Positions 40,203-50,065 of a stretch of DNA of 64,000 nt are shown piece by piece. The DNA lies in NCBI GenBank assembly GCA_965199825.1, contig OZ241329.1:1216001-1280000 (forward strand), read 5' to 3'. The position numbers and the translations under genes are program-made. How positions within the stretch are numbered: the first letter of the stretch is position 1; each line of letters starts with the position of its first letter. The notes beneath the pieces were generated by a model, which was not told where the DNA came from, did no database searches, and worked only from the letters and a program-made list of their open reading frames with translations. Source of the DNA: Bdellovibrionales bacterium. GTDB lineage: Bacteria; Bdellovibrionota; Bdellovibrionia; Bdellovibrionales; UBA1609.

Positions 40203-40850
40203 TTGGGGGCCACGCTTATGTTATTTCGTTTGTCGTCAGCTGCACTTTGTCTTGTGGCATGCACGCAAGGGACTTCACCAAGCGAGCAAAGATCGATGAG
40301 CGCTCAAGAGCGTGTGATGTTTGATCAAGTCACAAACTTATTTACCAAAAATATTGCTGCAGGCGATTCTTTTCGAGTGGAAGATTTGCCATTTAAAGCA
40401 GTACTTAAAGACTGCGACGTTGATTTTCAAACCCCACAAAAAAAAGGTGTTGGAGCCGAGTCGGGTTATTTTTATCTGATTGTTGGCTCAAGCCGCTGCC
40501 CTTTGCGTTTTGAAAATCGGGTGAGTGTGATCCATGCTCAGCCTGAAGGCCGAGTGAGCTTTCGTACTGCGCTGACCATTGTCGACAGCGAAAAGGCGGG
40601 TGAGCTTAAATCCTATGAGGCTGAGGGTGTTTTGGCACTGATCGATTTTGATCGGGGTTACAGGGTGAGCGGCACACTCCAAGGTGTGATTTATCAAGAG
40701 CCCAAAATCAAATTTGAAATTGTGATCGATGGAGATGTGACCTCAGGCTATGTGTCGCTTGATCGAGAAATCCAAATTTCATTTCCGAGTTTTACATACA
40801 CGTCAAAGAGTTTAAACCTCCTAAACTTCAATTTGTCGAAGCCCAATTAA
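40203..40850 (+). CDS. Hypothetical lipoprotein
   Basis: Lipobox LVAC; likely start ATG 40218. Confidence 0.55.
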   Translation: MGATLMLFRLSSAALCLVACTQGTSPSEQRSMSAQERVMFDQVTNLFTKNIAAGDSFRVEDLPFKAVLKDCDVDFQTPQKKGVGAESGYFYLIVGSSRCPLRFENRVSVIHAQPEGRVSFRTALTIVDSEKAGELKSYEAEGVLALIDFDRGYRVSGTLQGVIYQEPKIKFEIVIDGDVTSGYVSLDREIQISFPSFTYTSKSLNLLNFNLSKPN

Positions 40851-40856
40851 TTAGAT

Positions 40857-42953
40857 ATGACTCTCAACAGAGGTAAATACTCATTGAGATCTGATAAAAA
40901 AAATATTTTGAATGGAACCATAAAGCGACATCCCGATGGCTTTGGTTTTTTTATTTCCGAAACTCCCGATCAACCCGACGTCTATGTGCCAAAAAATGCA
41001 ATGACCGGCGTGATGACCAACGATCGTGTAACGGTCGAAGTTTATCCCGAACCTGGCGGCAAAAGATTTCGTGGTGAGGTCAAAGAAATTTTAAAACGGG
41101 CATTTACAAAAGTGACTGGCGTTTATACGTCGCGCTCCCAAAGTACCGGAATTGTTTATGACAAAAGTTTAAGTTGGGGCGAGGATCTTTTTGTCGACAA
41201 CAACACCAAACTTAAAGTTCAAACAGGCGATTGGATTTCTGCAGAGATTGATCGCTATCCGGGCGATCCCAAAGGGTTTGCGGGTCATCTGACCTCGGTG
41301 ATCGGAAGTGGACAAGATCCCTTAACCGACTCACTTCGCATATTACATTCAAGTCACATTCCTTTTGAGTTTAGTCAAAAAACTTTGAATGAAGCCCAAA
41401 AAATTCCGGCCGATGTTTCGGCCAAGGATATGAAAGGCCGAAAAGACCTTCAAGATTTGCACCTGATCACCATCGATGGCCAAACTGCCAAAGATTTTGA
41501 TGATGCGGTTTGTGTGCAAAAAGAAAGTGGCGGGTACCGACTCTGGGTCGCGATCGCCGATGTGAGCCACTATGTGAAGCCCGCAACCGCAATCGATGAG
41601 GATGCTTACCTGAGAGGGACGAGCACTTATTTTCCAAACTTTGTAGCCCCCATGTTGCCCGAAAAATTGAGCAATCATTTGTGCTCCTTGATGCCCCAAG
41701 TTCCACGACTTTCTTTTGTGGCCGAAATGAAGATCAACACCAATGGTGAACTTCAGGATTCAAAATTTTATGAGGCGGTCATCAATAGTCATGCGCGGGT
41801 GACGTATGGTGAGGCCCAAGAAATTATTGATGGCTCTCGAATCAAAAAATTAGATCATGTGTCCAAAGATATTTTGATGGCCTCAGAGCTTGCAAAAATT
41901 TTGATGGCGCGACGGTTTCGTGATGGATCGTTGGATCTTGAAATCCCTGAGACGATTATCGAAGTGGACGAAGGCGGAACGCCTGTTGATATTTTGAAAG
42001 CGGCACGACTCTTTTCGCACCGTTTGATTGAAGAGTTGATGTTGATGGCCAATATCGCAGTGGCCAAAGAATTTAGTAAGCACAAAGTGCCCGCACTTTA
42101 TCGGATTCATGATCGACCTAAAGAAGACGACATCAAATCGCTCCAAAAATTTATGGGCAGCTTTGGGTTAAAAGCCAATTTTAGCGGTGGGCTATTACAA
42201 AAAAAATTAACTAGCGCGCTTCAAGAGATGCAAGGGCATCCGAAGGCTCAAGTTTTACAAATCATGACGTTGCGATCAATGGCGCAGGCCAAATATTCAC
42301 CCAACAATGTTGGCCATTTTGGTTTGGGATTTTCGGATTATGCTCATTTTACCTCGCCCATTCGTCGCTATCCTGACTTGATCGTTCATCGCCAGCTAAA
42401 AGCTGTGTTGCGAATTCCTGGCTATCCTCTTGAGCCCTTAGAGCAACTTGTGACTGATGGGACCATGCTTTCGGCATGCGAACAGCGATCGGTCAAAGCC
42501 GAGCGCCTGATTCAATCGATCAAAAAAGCTCGATTTATGAAAGGCTTTTTGGGTCAAGAGTTTGAGGGAATTATTAGTTCAGTTACAAAATTTGGGGTGT
42601 TTGTTCTTTTAAGACAGTACGATGTGGATGGTCTGGTTCATGTCGATGATTTGTTTCAAGAGCCGTTTGAATTTGATCAACCCAATTTGCGGCTTGTGGC
42701 TAAACGATCGGGCCTTTCCTACTGCATCGGTGATGAGATCAAAGTACAAGTAGCTGCAGTCGATATCGATAACGGACAAATTGATTTTTCATACGGGGAG
42801 CAAAAGAATCGAACGAAACCACGAGCGCGTAAAGTACAAGCGCAGAAGCCCTCTAAAGGACGCCGCACGACTGAAGACAATCGTGGCGGTGTTCGCAAAG
42901 CACGGGTTTCAAAATCTCGTCGAAAGGGCAAAGCTCGGCCGATTTCTCGTTGA
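40857..42953 (+). CDS. rnr: Ribonuclease R
   Basis: HPDGFGF, TIDGQTAKDFDDA, HFTSPIRRYPDL, S1 domain, basic tail. Confidence 0.95.
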   Translation: MTLNRGKYSLRSDKKNILNGTIKRHPDGFGFFISETPDQPDVYVPKNAMTGVMTNDRVTVEVYPEPGGKRFRGEVKEILKRAFTKVTGVYTSRSQSTGIVYDKSLSWGEDLFVDNNTKLKVQTGDWISAEIDRYPGDPKGFAGHLTSVIGSGQDPLTDSLRILHSSHIPFEFSQKTLNEAQKIPADVSAKDMKGRKDLQDLHLITIDGQTAKDFDDAVCVQKESGGYRLWVAIADVSHYVKPATAIDEDAYLRGTSTYFPNFVAPMLPEKLSNHLCSLMPQVPRLSFVAEMKINTNGELQDSKFYEAVINSHARVTYGEAQEIIDGSRIKKLDHVSKDILMASELAKILMARRFRDGSLDLEIPETIIEVDEGGTPVDILKAARLFSHRLIEELMLMANIAVAKEFSKHKVPALYRIHDRPKEDDIKSLQKFMGSFGLKANFSGGLLQKKLTSALQEMQGHPKAQVLQIMTLRSMAQAKYSPNNVGHFGLGFSDYAHFTSPIRRYPDLIVHRQLKAVLRIPGYPLEPLEQLVTDGTMLSACEQRSVKAERLIQSIKKARFMKGFLGQEFEGIISSVTKFGVFVLLRQYDVDGLVHVDDLFQEPFEFDQPNLRLVAKRSGLSYCIGDEIKVQVAAVDIDNGQIDFSYGEQKNRTKPRARKVQAQKPSKGRRTTEDNRGGVRKARVSKSRRKGKARPISR

Positions 42954-44457
42954 GAAATTATTTTCTCCCGAGGCCGACGAGCTTTCTGCACCCGAACGAC
43001 TCAGAATTTGTTTTGAACAACTCGGGCCAACATTTGTAAAGCTTGGTCAGGTTTTGGCCACAAGGCCTGATCTTATTCCAAAATCTTTTTGCAATGAATT
43101 TAAAAAACTTCATGACCAAGTTCCTGCGGCGCCCTTTTCGGTCATTGAACAAACTCTGCGCGATCATTTTGATTGCGATCTTAAAACTATTTTTGATTCG
43201 ATTGATGAAGTGCCCATCGGTGCCGCAAGTATCGCCCAAGTTTATAAAGCCGTATTAAAAAATGGCGAGCATGTGGTGGTCAAAGTTCAGCGTGCCGGAA
43301 TCGAAGAGGTGGTTGCCGAAGATTTAAGTGTTTTGTTTCGCTTGAGTGAATTGATGGAAAAATATTTACCCGAAACCCGCAATTACAGTCCTATCCGCAT
43401 TGTTGAGGAGTTTCGGCGACACATCGAATTTGAAACAAACTTTGTTGTCGAGGCCAATAACATCCGTCGCTTTGCCGAAAATTTTGCCGAGGAACCCAAT
43501 ATTCATATTCCAAAAATTTATTCGGAATTTACGGGCCGTCGGGTTTTGGTGATGGAAGAGGTTTTAGGTATTCCGTTGAGCCACAAGAATGCATTGGCTC
43601 AAGAGGGGATCGATGCCGAGGTTGTGCTCAGGCGTGGTCTGCATGCCTATTTAAAAATGGTGTTTCGCGATGGACTGTTTCATGGCGATTTGCATGCGGG
43701 AAATTTATTTATCATGCCTAACAACAAAATTGGTTTAATCGATTTTGGTGTGGTGGGCCGCTTAAAAGCATCAACCCAAAGTGCCATCGCTGTTTTATTG
43801 ATGGCGCTTTATGATGAAGATTACGAATATTTCGCCACGACCTATATGGACCTTGCGCCTTTTAGCGAAAAAGTGGACGTGGATGCATTTGCGCGCGACC
43901 TTCAGGATTATATCGCTCCCTACTTTGGAATGACACTGTCGCAAGTGAACGTCGGCCGGCTATTGATGGAGTCCACAACTGTTGCGGCTCGGCATGGATT
44001 AAAACTTCCGCCGGAGCTTTTGCTGTTTTTTAAATCGATCACCACCATTGAGGGCATGGCGCGCATCCTCATGACCGATTTTGATTTTTTGGCCACCAGT
44101 ATGGAATTTGCGCGCGAGATTGTGCTCGAAAAAGCCCAACCTCAACAATGGGTCAATGATCTCACATTGATTTCGCGTGATCTCAAACTTTTGGCGTGGC
44201 CCTTGCCCCGTCAACTGCGCCAACTGTTTCGCAGGTGGAGCCAGCCCGAACATGCAATTCGAATCGAATGGGTGGCTCAAGAAGAACTTCGGCGCAGCTT
44301 GATTACCGCATCACAAAAAATATTTTTGGCTTTGATCGTCGCAGCACTTTTGATTTCATCATCAATTATGGCAAGCCAGGCCGTACCGTGGGAATATGTG
44401 ATCGCAGGTTTTGTGATTTCGCTGCTACTGGCTTTGTTTGGTTATTTTCGCGGGTAG
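42781..44457 (+). CDS. AarF/ABC1/UbiB family kinase
   Basis: LGPTFVKLGQ..TRPD, AASIAQV, VVKVQR, FHGDLHAGN, IDFG; start uncertain and overlaps rnr. Confidence 0.9.
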   Translation: MIFHTGSKRIERNHERVKYKRRSPLKDAARLKTIVAVFAKHGFQNLVERAKLGRFLVEKLFSPEADELSAPERLRICFEQLGPTFVKLGQVLATRPDLIPKSFCNEFKKLHDQVPAAPFSVIEQTLRDHFDCDLKTIFDSIDEVPIGAASIAQVYKAVLKNGEHVVVKVQRAGIEEVVAEDLSVLFRLSELMEKYLPETRNYSPIRIVEEFRRHIEFETNFVVEANNIRRFAENFAEEPNIHIPKIYSEFTGRRVLVMEEVLGIPLSHKNALAQEGIDAEVVLRRGLHAYLKMVFRDGLFHGDLHAGNLFIMPNNKIGLIDFGVVGRLKASTQSAIAVLLMALYDEDYEYFATTYMDLAPFSEKVDVDAFARDLQDYIAPYFGMTLSQVNVGRLLMESTTVAARHGLKLPPELLLFFKSITTIEGMARILMTDFDFLATSMEFAREIVLEKAQPQQWVNDLTLISRDLKLLAWPLPRQLRQLFRRWSQPEHAIRIEWVAQEELRRSLITASQKIFLALIVAALLISSSIMASQAVPWEYVIAGFVISLLLALFGYFRG

Positions 44458-44483
44458 TGGTTTTTTTGAACTCTCGGGGCAGC

Positions 44484-44813
44484 TTAGTGCAAGGTGCTGC
44501 CATAAAGAATTGATAAAATTTGAATCGATCGTTCGGTCGAACTTTGCGAGCTGTTGAGCAAGCGGCGAAGTCTTAGGATCAATTGTTGTTTCGCACGAGA
44601 ACTTGCTTCATAAACCGTAGGCCCGTGACCCTCAGTCTCGACTGGCGTGCTATCGTGTGTACTTAAACTACAGTGAAAATTACCCTCAGGCGAGCGTTGA
44701 ACCACGATGGTGATCGGGCCACATCCCGGAGCTTCTTGCTGAATCTCTGTCACATGGTTATAAATAATTGCGCGCTCGTCTTGACTTAGGTCGTATTTTT
44801 TTTGCTGTTCCAA
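44484..44813 (-). CDS. Hypothetical protein
   Basis: TTG start with GGAG RBS; alpha/beta pattern loosely HPF/RaiA-like. Confidence 0.5.
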   Translation of the reverse strand: MEQQKKYDLSQDERAIIYNHVTEIQQEAPGCGPITIVVQRSPEGNFHCSLSTHDSTPVETEGHGPTVYEASSRAKQQLILRLRRLLNSSQSSTERSIQILSILYGSTLH

Positions 44814-44849
44814 AACTCACTCCATTGCTGGTGTTTTGAAAGTTGCAAG

Positions 44850-45473
44850 CTAAGGGCCAAGCTCGAATTTTTTAGAAAGATGCGGGCTTCCTTTTATTCC
44901 AAATCTTAGGGGCCAGAGCGCGGCGTCGCCCGCATAATCAACACCAATCCGAACCCCAGTTTCGAATTCAAAATCGAATGGGTCTTCAATGATAAAGAGC
45001 TGATCGGACTCACACAGATCAAGTCCATTTTGTGGCCGCGCAATTTGCAACGCTTGGCAGAGTTTGCCAGGGCCAGAACACAAATGAATCAAATCGGTTT
45101 TTTTGCGATTGATGCGCATCTGATTTAATCCCTCTAGGGGTTCCAGTGCGCGAATCAACACCGCCTCGGGTTCGTCGAATTGGGTGACCACATTAAAGCA
45201 GTAATACATTCCGTAAATATGAAACACGTAAGCAGTCCCACCAGGCTGATACATTGTGGCGGTGCGATTGGTTTGTCGTTTGCCAAAGGAATGAGCTGCG
45301 GGATCTTCAATTCCTAAGTAGGCTTCGGTTTCGCAAATACGACCGGCAAGAGTGATGGTCTTACTAAAGCGATGAACAAGAATTTTTCCGAGCAAATCTT
45401 GTGCGACTGTTATCGTATCTTGTTGATAAAAACTTCGTTTTAATTTTAGAGATTGCCTTAAGAGTTGCATCAC
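44850..45473 (-). CDS. mpg: DNA-3-methyladenine glycosylase (AAG/MPG family)
   Basis: VAQDLLGK, GRICETEAYLG.DPAAHS, YGMYYCFNVV, AVLIRALEP, GPGKLCQAL. Confidence 0.93.
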   Translation of the reverse strand: MMQLLRQSLKLKRSFYQQDTITVAQDLLGKILVHRFSKTITLAGRICETEAYLGIEDPAAHSFGKRQTNRTATMYQPGGTAYVFHIYGMYYCFNVVTQFDEPEAVLIRALEPLEGLNQMRINRKKTDLIHLCSGPGKLCQALQIARPQNGLDLCESDQLFIIEDPFDFEFETGVRIGVDYAGDAALWPLRFGIKGSPHLSKKFELGP

Positions 45474-45518
45474 GTCTTATTTATCGTTTTAACAGCCGAC
45501 CTACAAGAAAGGCTTCCC

Positions 45519-46229
45519 ATGGTTGACGGCGCACTTATCCCATCTTGGCAAAATCAGCTCGCAGATGAACTCCAAAAACCTTATATGCAAGAGCTCAAAA
45601 CTTTCTTAAAAAATCAGGTTGAGCAAAAAAAAACAATCTATCCGCGAGCCAAAAATTATTTTGCAGCTCTCAATAGCACACCGTTTGAAAAGGTGCGGGT
45701 GGTGATCTTAGGCCAAGATCCCTATCATGGGCCACGGCAAGCCCATGGCTTGTCGTTTTCGGTTGAACCCGGGGTCGACATTCCACCGTCACTTCAAAAT
45801 ATTTATAAAGAACTGCATATGGATGTTGGATTTAAAATGGTCAACCATGGCCATCTCATGAGTTGGGCTCAGCAAGGGGTGCTGTTACTCAACTCGGTTT
45901 TGTCGGTTGAGGCGGGCAAAGCGGCCTCTCATCAAGGAAAAGGCTGGGAGCATTTTACCGATAAAATTATTCAGTGCGTGAACGATGGTTTGGAGCATGT
46001 GGTGTTTATGTTGTGGGGCAGTCATGCACAAAAAAAAGGGGCCCAGGTCGACCGCAAAAAACATTTGGTATTGACCGCGCCGCATCCCTCGCCACTATCG
46101 GCCTATCGTGGATTTTTGGGCAGCAAGCATTTTTCTAAAGCCAATGATTACCTGATCAAAAATGGACGAACACCTATTGACTGGCAACTTCCTGATAGCT
46201 GTACAATCGAACACGATGCATCAGTCTAG
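45519..46229 (+). CDS. ung: Uracil-DNA glycosylase (family 1)
   Basis: GQDPYH, HGLSFS, GVLLLN, HPSPLS. Confidence 0.97.
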   Translation: MVDGALIPSWQNQLADELQKPYMQELKTFLKNQVEQKKTIYPRAKNYFAALNSTPFEKVRVVILGQDPYHGPRQAHGLSFSVEPGVDIPPSLQNIYKELHMDVGFKMVNHGHLMSWAQQGVLLLNSVLSVEAGKAASHQGKGWEHFTDKIIQCVNDGLEHVVFMLWGSHAQKKGAQVDRKKHLVLTAPHPSPLSAYRGFLGSKHFSKANDYLIKNGRTPIDWQLPDSCTIEHDASV

Positions 46230-47253
46230 AGTTGAATACCTCAATACTTTGCCCTCGGCAGATCATATTGCCAAAAGTTTAGGATTTAACCCCGAGACCG
46301 TGCTTTTGATTTACGATCGGCGACTTAAAAAAAAATTGTCCAAGTGGCTTAAACTTTTTCCCTATCGGTATGCGGTCAAAGCGGGCGAAGACTTAAAGTC
46401 GCTCAACGATTTTCCAAAACATGTTAAAAAAATAATCGATCTTTTAAAAAATTCAGCACCAAGAAAAAAAACATGTTTTGTAGGAATTGGTGGAGGATCA
46501 GTCGGAGACTTCACAGGCTTTTTGGCAAGTGTTTATAAGCGTGGAGTTTTTTTGATTCATATCCCTTCGACTTATCTTGCCGCCATCGATTCGGCTCATG
46601 GTGGTAAGACCGCCCTCAATATTAAAAGGTATAAAAATCAGATCGGCACTTTTTATTCGGCTCACACTGTATTTATTGTTCAATCGCTGCTCGAAGGGTT
46701 ACCAAAAAAACAGACGCGATCGGCAATGGGCGAGCTATGTAAAATGGCACTCATTGATGGAGACAAATTTTTTTCGCAACTCTCGAGCGAGAAAAATCAA
46801 GATCGCATTTGGGATTATTTGCCCTTGGCGATTGAGGCCAAAAATAAGATTGTCGAACAGGATCCTTTTGAAGCTAAAGGAATCAGAGAAATTTTAAACC
46901 TTGGCCACACCTTGGGCCACTGTTTAGAAATGCAATTGCAGCTTTCGCATGGTGAAGCTGTTGGATATGGAACTCGATTTGCTTTAGAGTGGAGTCACCA
47001 CTGCGGCTATTTGGATTTAGAAGATCTTGCATTGTCTTTGGAGCTTTTAAAAAAACATTTAAATCTGCCGCAAAAACAAAATATATTTACTAAAAGTAAT
47101 TTAAGAAAATTGGTTGTTCAAGATAAAAAGCTGATCGACAAAGATCATATTCAATTTGTATTTCTCGAAAAAATCGGCAAGCCCTTTGTAAAAGCGGTCA
47201 GTCTGGATTCTTTTTTGACCGAATGCGAACGACAAAATTGGATCAAGGGATGA
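46216..47253 (+). CDS. aroB: 3-dehydroquinate synthase
   Basis: GGGSVGDFTGF, DSAHGGKT, LNLGHTLGH, HGEAV. Confidence 0.92.
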   Translation: MHQSRVEYLNTLPSADHIAKSLGFNPETVLLIYDRRLKKKLSKWLKLFPYRYAVKAGEDLKSLNDFPKHVKKIIDLLKNSAPRKKTCFVGIGGGSVGDFTGFLASVYKRGVFLIHIPSTYLAAIDSAHGGKTALNIKRYKNQIGTFYSAHTVFIVQSLLEGLPKKQTRSAMGELCKMALIDGDKFFSQLSSEKNQDRIWDYLPLAIEAKNKIVEQDPFEAKGIREILNLGHTLGHCLEMQLQLSHGEAVGYGTRFALEWSHHCGYLDLEDLALSLELLKKHLNLPQKQNIFTKSNLRKLVVQDKKLIDKDHIQFVFLEKIGKPFVKAVSLDSFLTECERQNWIKG

Positions 47254-48416
47254 GAGAGTTTTTCTTTGTTGGCCGTGTGCCTTGCTCAAAGTCGCTACTC
47301 AATCGAGCTCTAATTTTACAAAGTTATGAGCCCAAGCTTGTGATCAAGGGCGACTCTGAGGCCGAAGATGTTATCAAGATGAAGGAGGGTCTAAAGGCTC
47401 TGCTTTCAGATCAGCCGGTGGACTGCGGGAGTGCAGGCACGGTTTTGAGATTTTTGGCATTAAGAGCCGCAAGGGTTAAAGGTCAACATCTGCTCAAAGG
47501 AACACCCAGATTATTTTCGCGTCCAATGGATGAACTGGTCGGGTTACTTTCGCAATTGGGGTCTGAGGTCAACATTTTTGAAGACCACATGATCATCAAG
47601 TCCCAAGGCTTTTTTGTGATGGGCGATATGATCAATGTGCGAAGCGAGAGATCCAGCCAGTTTTTGTCGAGCCTGTTACTCAACTGCTGGGATTTGGATT
47701 TTGATATGTTTGTCAACATGGGCTCGCAAATCGCATCAAAGGCTTATTTTGAAATGACTTATCAGATGTGCGAAAAGGCGGGACTAAAACCTTTTCGAAA
47801 ACAAAATGAATTGATGCTGGCAAAAAATCAAAAAATAATTCCACAAGAGTTGGTGATTGAATCGGATTTGAGTTCGGCTTTTGCTTTGTGCGCGTGTGCG
47901 GCGGTGGGTGGCAGTGCCACTCTTATTGATTTTCCAAGCTTAAGTCTTCAGCCGGATCGCCTTTTTGTGATGGTTTTAAAAATGATGGGTGTGGGTGTTG
48001 AGTCCCACGGCAATCAGCTTAAAATTACCAAAGCCGACACGCTTGTTGGAGTCGATGTGAATCTTTACGATGCGCCGGATCTCTTTCCGGTTTTGGCATC
48101 GCTTTGTGCTTTAGCCGAAGGGTCGTCGCGTCTTTTTGGAGCGCCTCAACTCAATTTTAAAGAATCCAACCGGATTCAAAAAACCGCAGAGCTGCTTCGA
48201 CCTTTAAGACCTTCGCTTGAGGTTCAGCACGACGGTATTTATTTTCCACAAGAAAAACTTCAAAAATTAACTCAACAAATTGAGTTTAACCCGGATCAAG
48301 ATCACCGCATGGCCATGGCCGCGGGTGTATTAATCCAAGCCGGCTATCCGGTCCATATCACCGAGCCTTCGGTGGTTATAAAAAGCTTTCCACAATTTTG
48401 GTCGTTTTTAACATGA
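47250..48416 (+). CDS. aroA: EPSP synthase
   Basis: SKSLLNRAL, CGSAGTVLRF, SSQFLS, KESNRI, DHRMAM, KSFPQFW. Confidence 0.93.
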   Translation: MREFFFVGRVPCSKSLLNRALILQSYEPKLVIKGDSEAEDVIKMKEGLKALLSDQPVDCGSAGTVLRFLALRAARVKGQHLLKGTPRLFSRPMDELVGLLSQLGSEVNIFEDHMIIKSQGFFVMGDMINVRSERSSQFLSSLLLNCWDLDFDMFVNMGSQIASKAYFEMTYQMCEKAGLKPFRKQNELMLAKNQKIIPQELVIESDLSSAFALCACAAVGGSATLIDFPSLSLQPDRLFVMVLKMMGVGVESHGNQLKITKADTLVGVDVNLYDAPDLFPVLASLCALAEGSSRLFGAPQLNFKESNRIQKTAELLRPLRPSLEVQHDGIYFPQEKLQKLTQQIEFNPDQDHRMAMAAGVLIQAGYPVHITEPSVVIKSFPQFWSFLT

Positions 48417-50065
48417 TCACGGTTTTGATCGGCCATCGAGGTGTTGGCAAAACCAGTTTTTTAAAACGAATTCAAAATGCGTTCGATCAACAGGTTGAGA
48501 CCGTCGACCTCGACTTGCTGATCAAAGAGCACTTTGATGAGATTGGTGAGACTGAGTATCGCAAAAAAGAACACGCCGCATTTTTAGAAGCGATAAAAAA
48601 TAGAAATAAAAAAACATTTATCGCCTTAGGTGCCGGATTCAATTTTGAAATTTCATCTGGGATCGAAATTATTTGGATCCGGCGCGAAACCGATCGATGG
48701 GGCAGGATTTTTTTGGACCGCCCCCGACTTGAACCCCAGCTTTCGCCTCTTGAGGAGTATGCGGTGCGCTTTCGTCAAAGAGATGATCGCTTTCGCAGGC
48801 TCGCCCATCGCCAGTATATTTTGCGTGAAGGATCTTTTGATGAGCTCAAAGCCGACAGAGCTTTTTTTAAAATTGACCAAGAGCCGATGAATGGATCGCT
48901 CACGGTACTGCCCTGGATGCTTCAAACTTTGGAGAATGAAAAAACCGCGCGGTATCTTGAGCTTAGGGATGATCTGCTTGATAAAAGTCAAATTTCTCAA
49001 GCTTTAACTTTAGATAAATTATTTTTGATGACTCATAAAAAGTCCCCAGATTTTGAAGAGTCTAAAGCCGTTCATGATTGGCCACTCGAAAAATTTAAAA
49101 ATTCAAGCGGTGTGGTGTCGCTTCATCAGCGAAGCCATGACCTCAATAAAGATTTTAAACGTCTCGAAAATTTTGAGCGGGTGAAGTTTGCACCGATGAT
49201 CGAATCCTTTGAAGAGCTTGAGCTCTGCCATCAGTGGTGGAAGCAAAAACCGGATCAACGCAGTTTTTTACCCTGCTCGGAGGATGGACGCTGGAGTTGG
49301 TACCGGGCGCTCTTTGGGCCAAAAATGGAGATTGGGTTTTTTCGTTACGATGAGGGAGCCAGTCCCGATCAACCGACCTTTGCCGAATGGTTCTATAGCA
49401 GAAATTTCGAAAATCATTTTGCCGCAGTCTTAGGCGATCCTATTGAGCATTCATGGAGCCCCTCTTATCATACCAATTTTTTTGCTGGGTTTAAAATGCC
49501 CATGGTTAAAATTAAAATCTCCAAAGCCTCTGACCTTAAAATTTTAAAGTCGATGGGACTTGTGGCGGCTGCAATCACCTCACCATTCAAAAAACTTTTT
49601 AGAGCTGAAGCCGCAAACACTGTGTGCTGGGATTTTGTCGAACACAAATGGCAGTGGACCAATACAGACAAAGAGGGACTCAAAGTCGCTCTCGAAACAT
49701 TTCAGGAAATCAAAAATTGGGCGGTTTGGGGCGGCGGCGGATTGATCGAAACATTTAAAGACCAATTGCCCGAGGCCCAATACTATGGGGCCCGCAATGG
49801 ACAATTAAAAAGCGGAAAACAAAAAGAGTTTGATGGATTGATTTGGGCCTGCGGTCGAGGCACTCCATTTCAATTTCCGGTTAAAAGACCTCAGCTGATC
49901 TTGGATTTGAACTACACCGAAAACTCACCCGGTTTAGAGTTTGCATTAAGAACGGGTGCAAAATATTTTTCTGGTGCCACTTTTTTTAAAGCTCAGGCGC
50001 AAGCTCAGCAAAAATTCTTTGAAGCCTATTTACAAAAACGACCAAGGATGATCACTACTCTTTAA
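48413..50065 (+). CDS. Trifunctional shikimate kinase / type I dehydroquinase / shikimate dehydrogenase fusion (AroK-AroD-AroE)
   Basis: P-loop GHRGVGKTS plus ALGAG; ELRDD, VVSLH, VKFA (DHQase I); GDPIEHSWSP, TSPFK, AANT, NTD (AroE). Confidence 0.8.
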   Translation: MITVLIGHRGVGKTSFLKRIQNAFDQQVETVDLDLLIKEHFDEIGETEYRKKEHAAFLEAIKNRNKKTFIALGAGFNFEISSGIEIIWIRRETDRWGRIFLDRPRLEPQLSPLEEYAVRFRQRDDRFRRLAHRQYILREGSFDELKADRAFFKIDQEPMNGSLTVLPWMLQTLENEKTARYLELRDDLLDKSQISQALTLDKLFLMTHKKSPDFEESKAVHDWPLEKFKNSSGVVSLHQRSHDLNKDFKRLENFERVKFAPMIESFEELELCHQWWKQKPDQRSFLPCSEDGRWSWYRALFGPKMEIGFFRYDEGASPDQPTFAEWFYSRNFENHFAAVLGDPIEHSWSPSYHTNFFAGFKMPMVKIKISKASDLKILKSMGLVAAAITSPFKKLFRAEAANTVCWDFVEHKWQWTNTDKEGLKVALETFQEIKNWAVWGGGGLIETFKDQLPEAQYYGARNGQLKSGKQKEFDGLIWACGRGTPFQFPVKRPQLILDLNYTENSPGLEFALRTGAKYFSGATFFKAQAQAQQKFFEAYLQKRPRMITTL

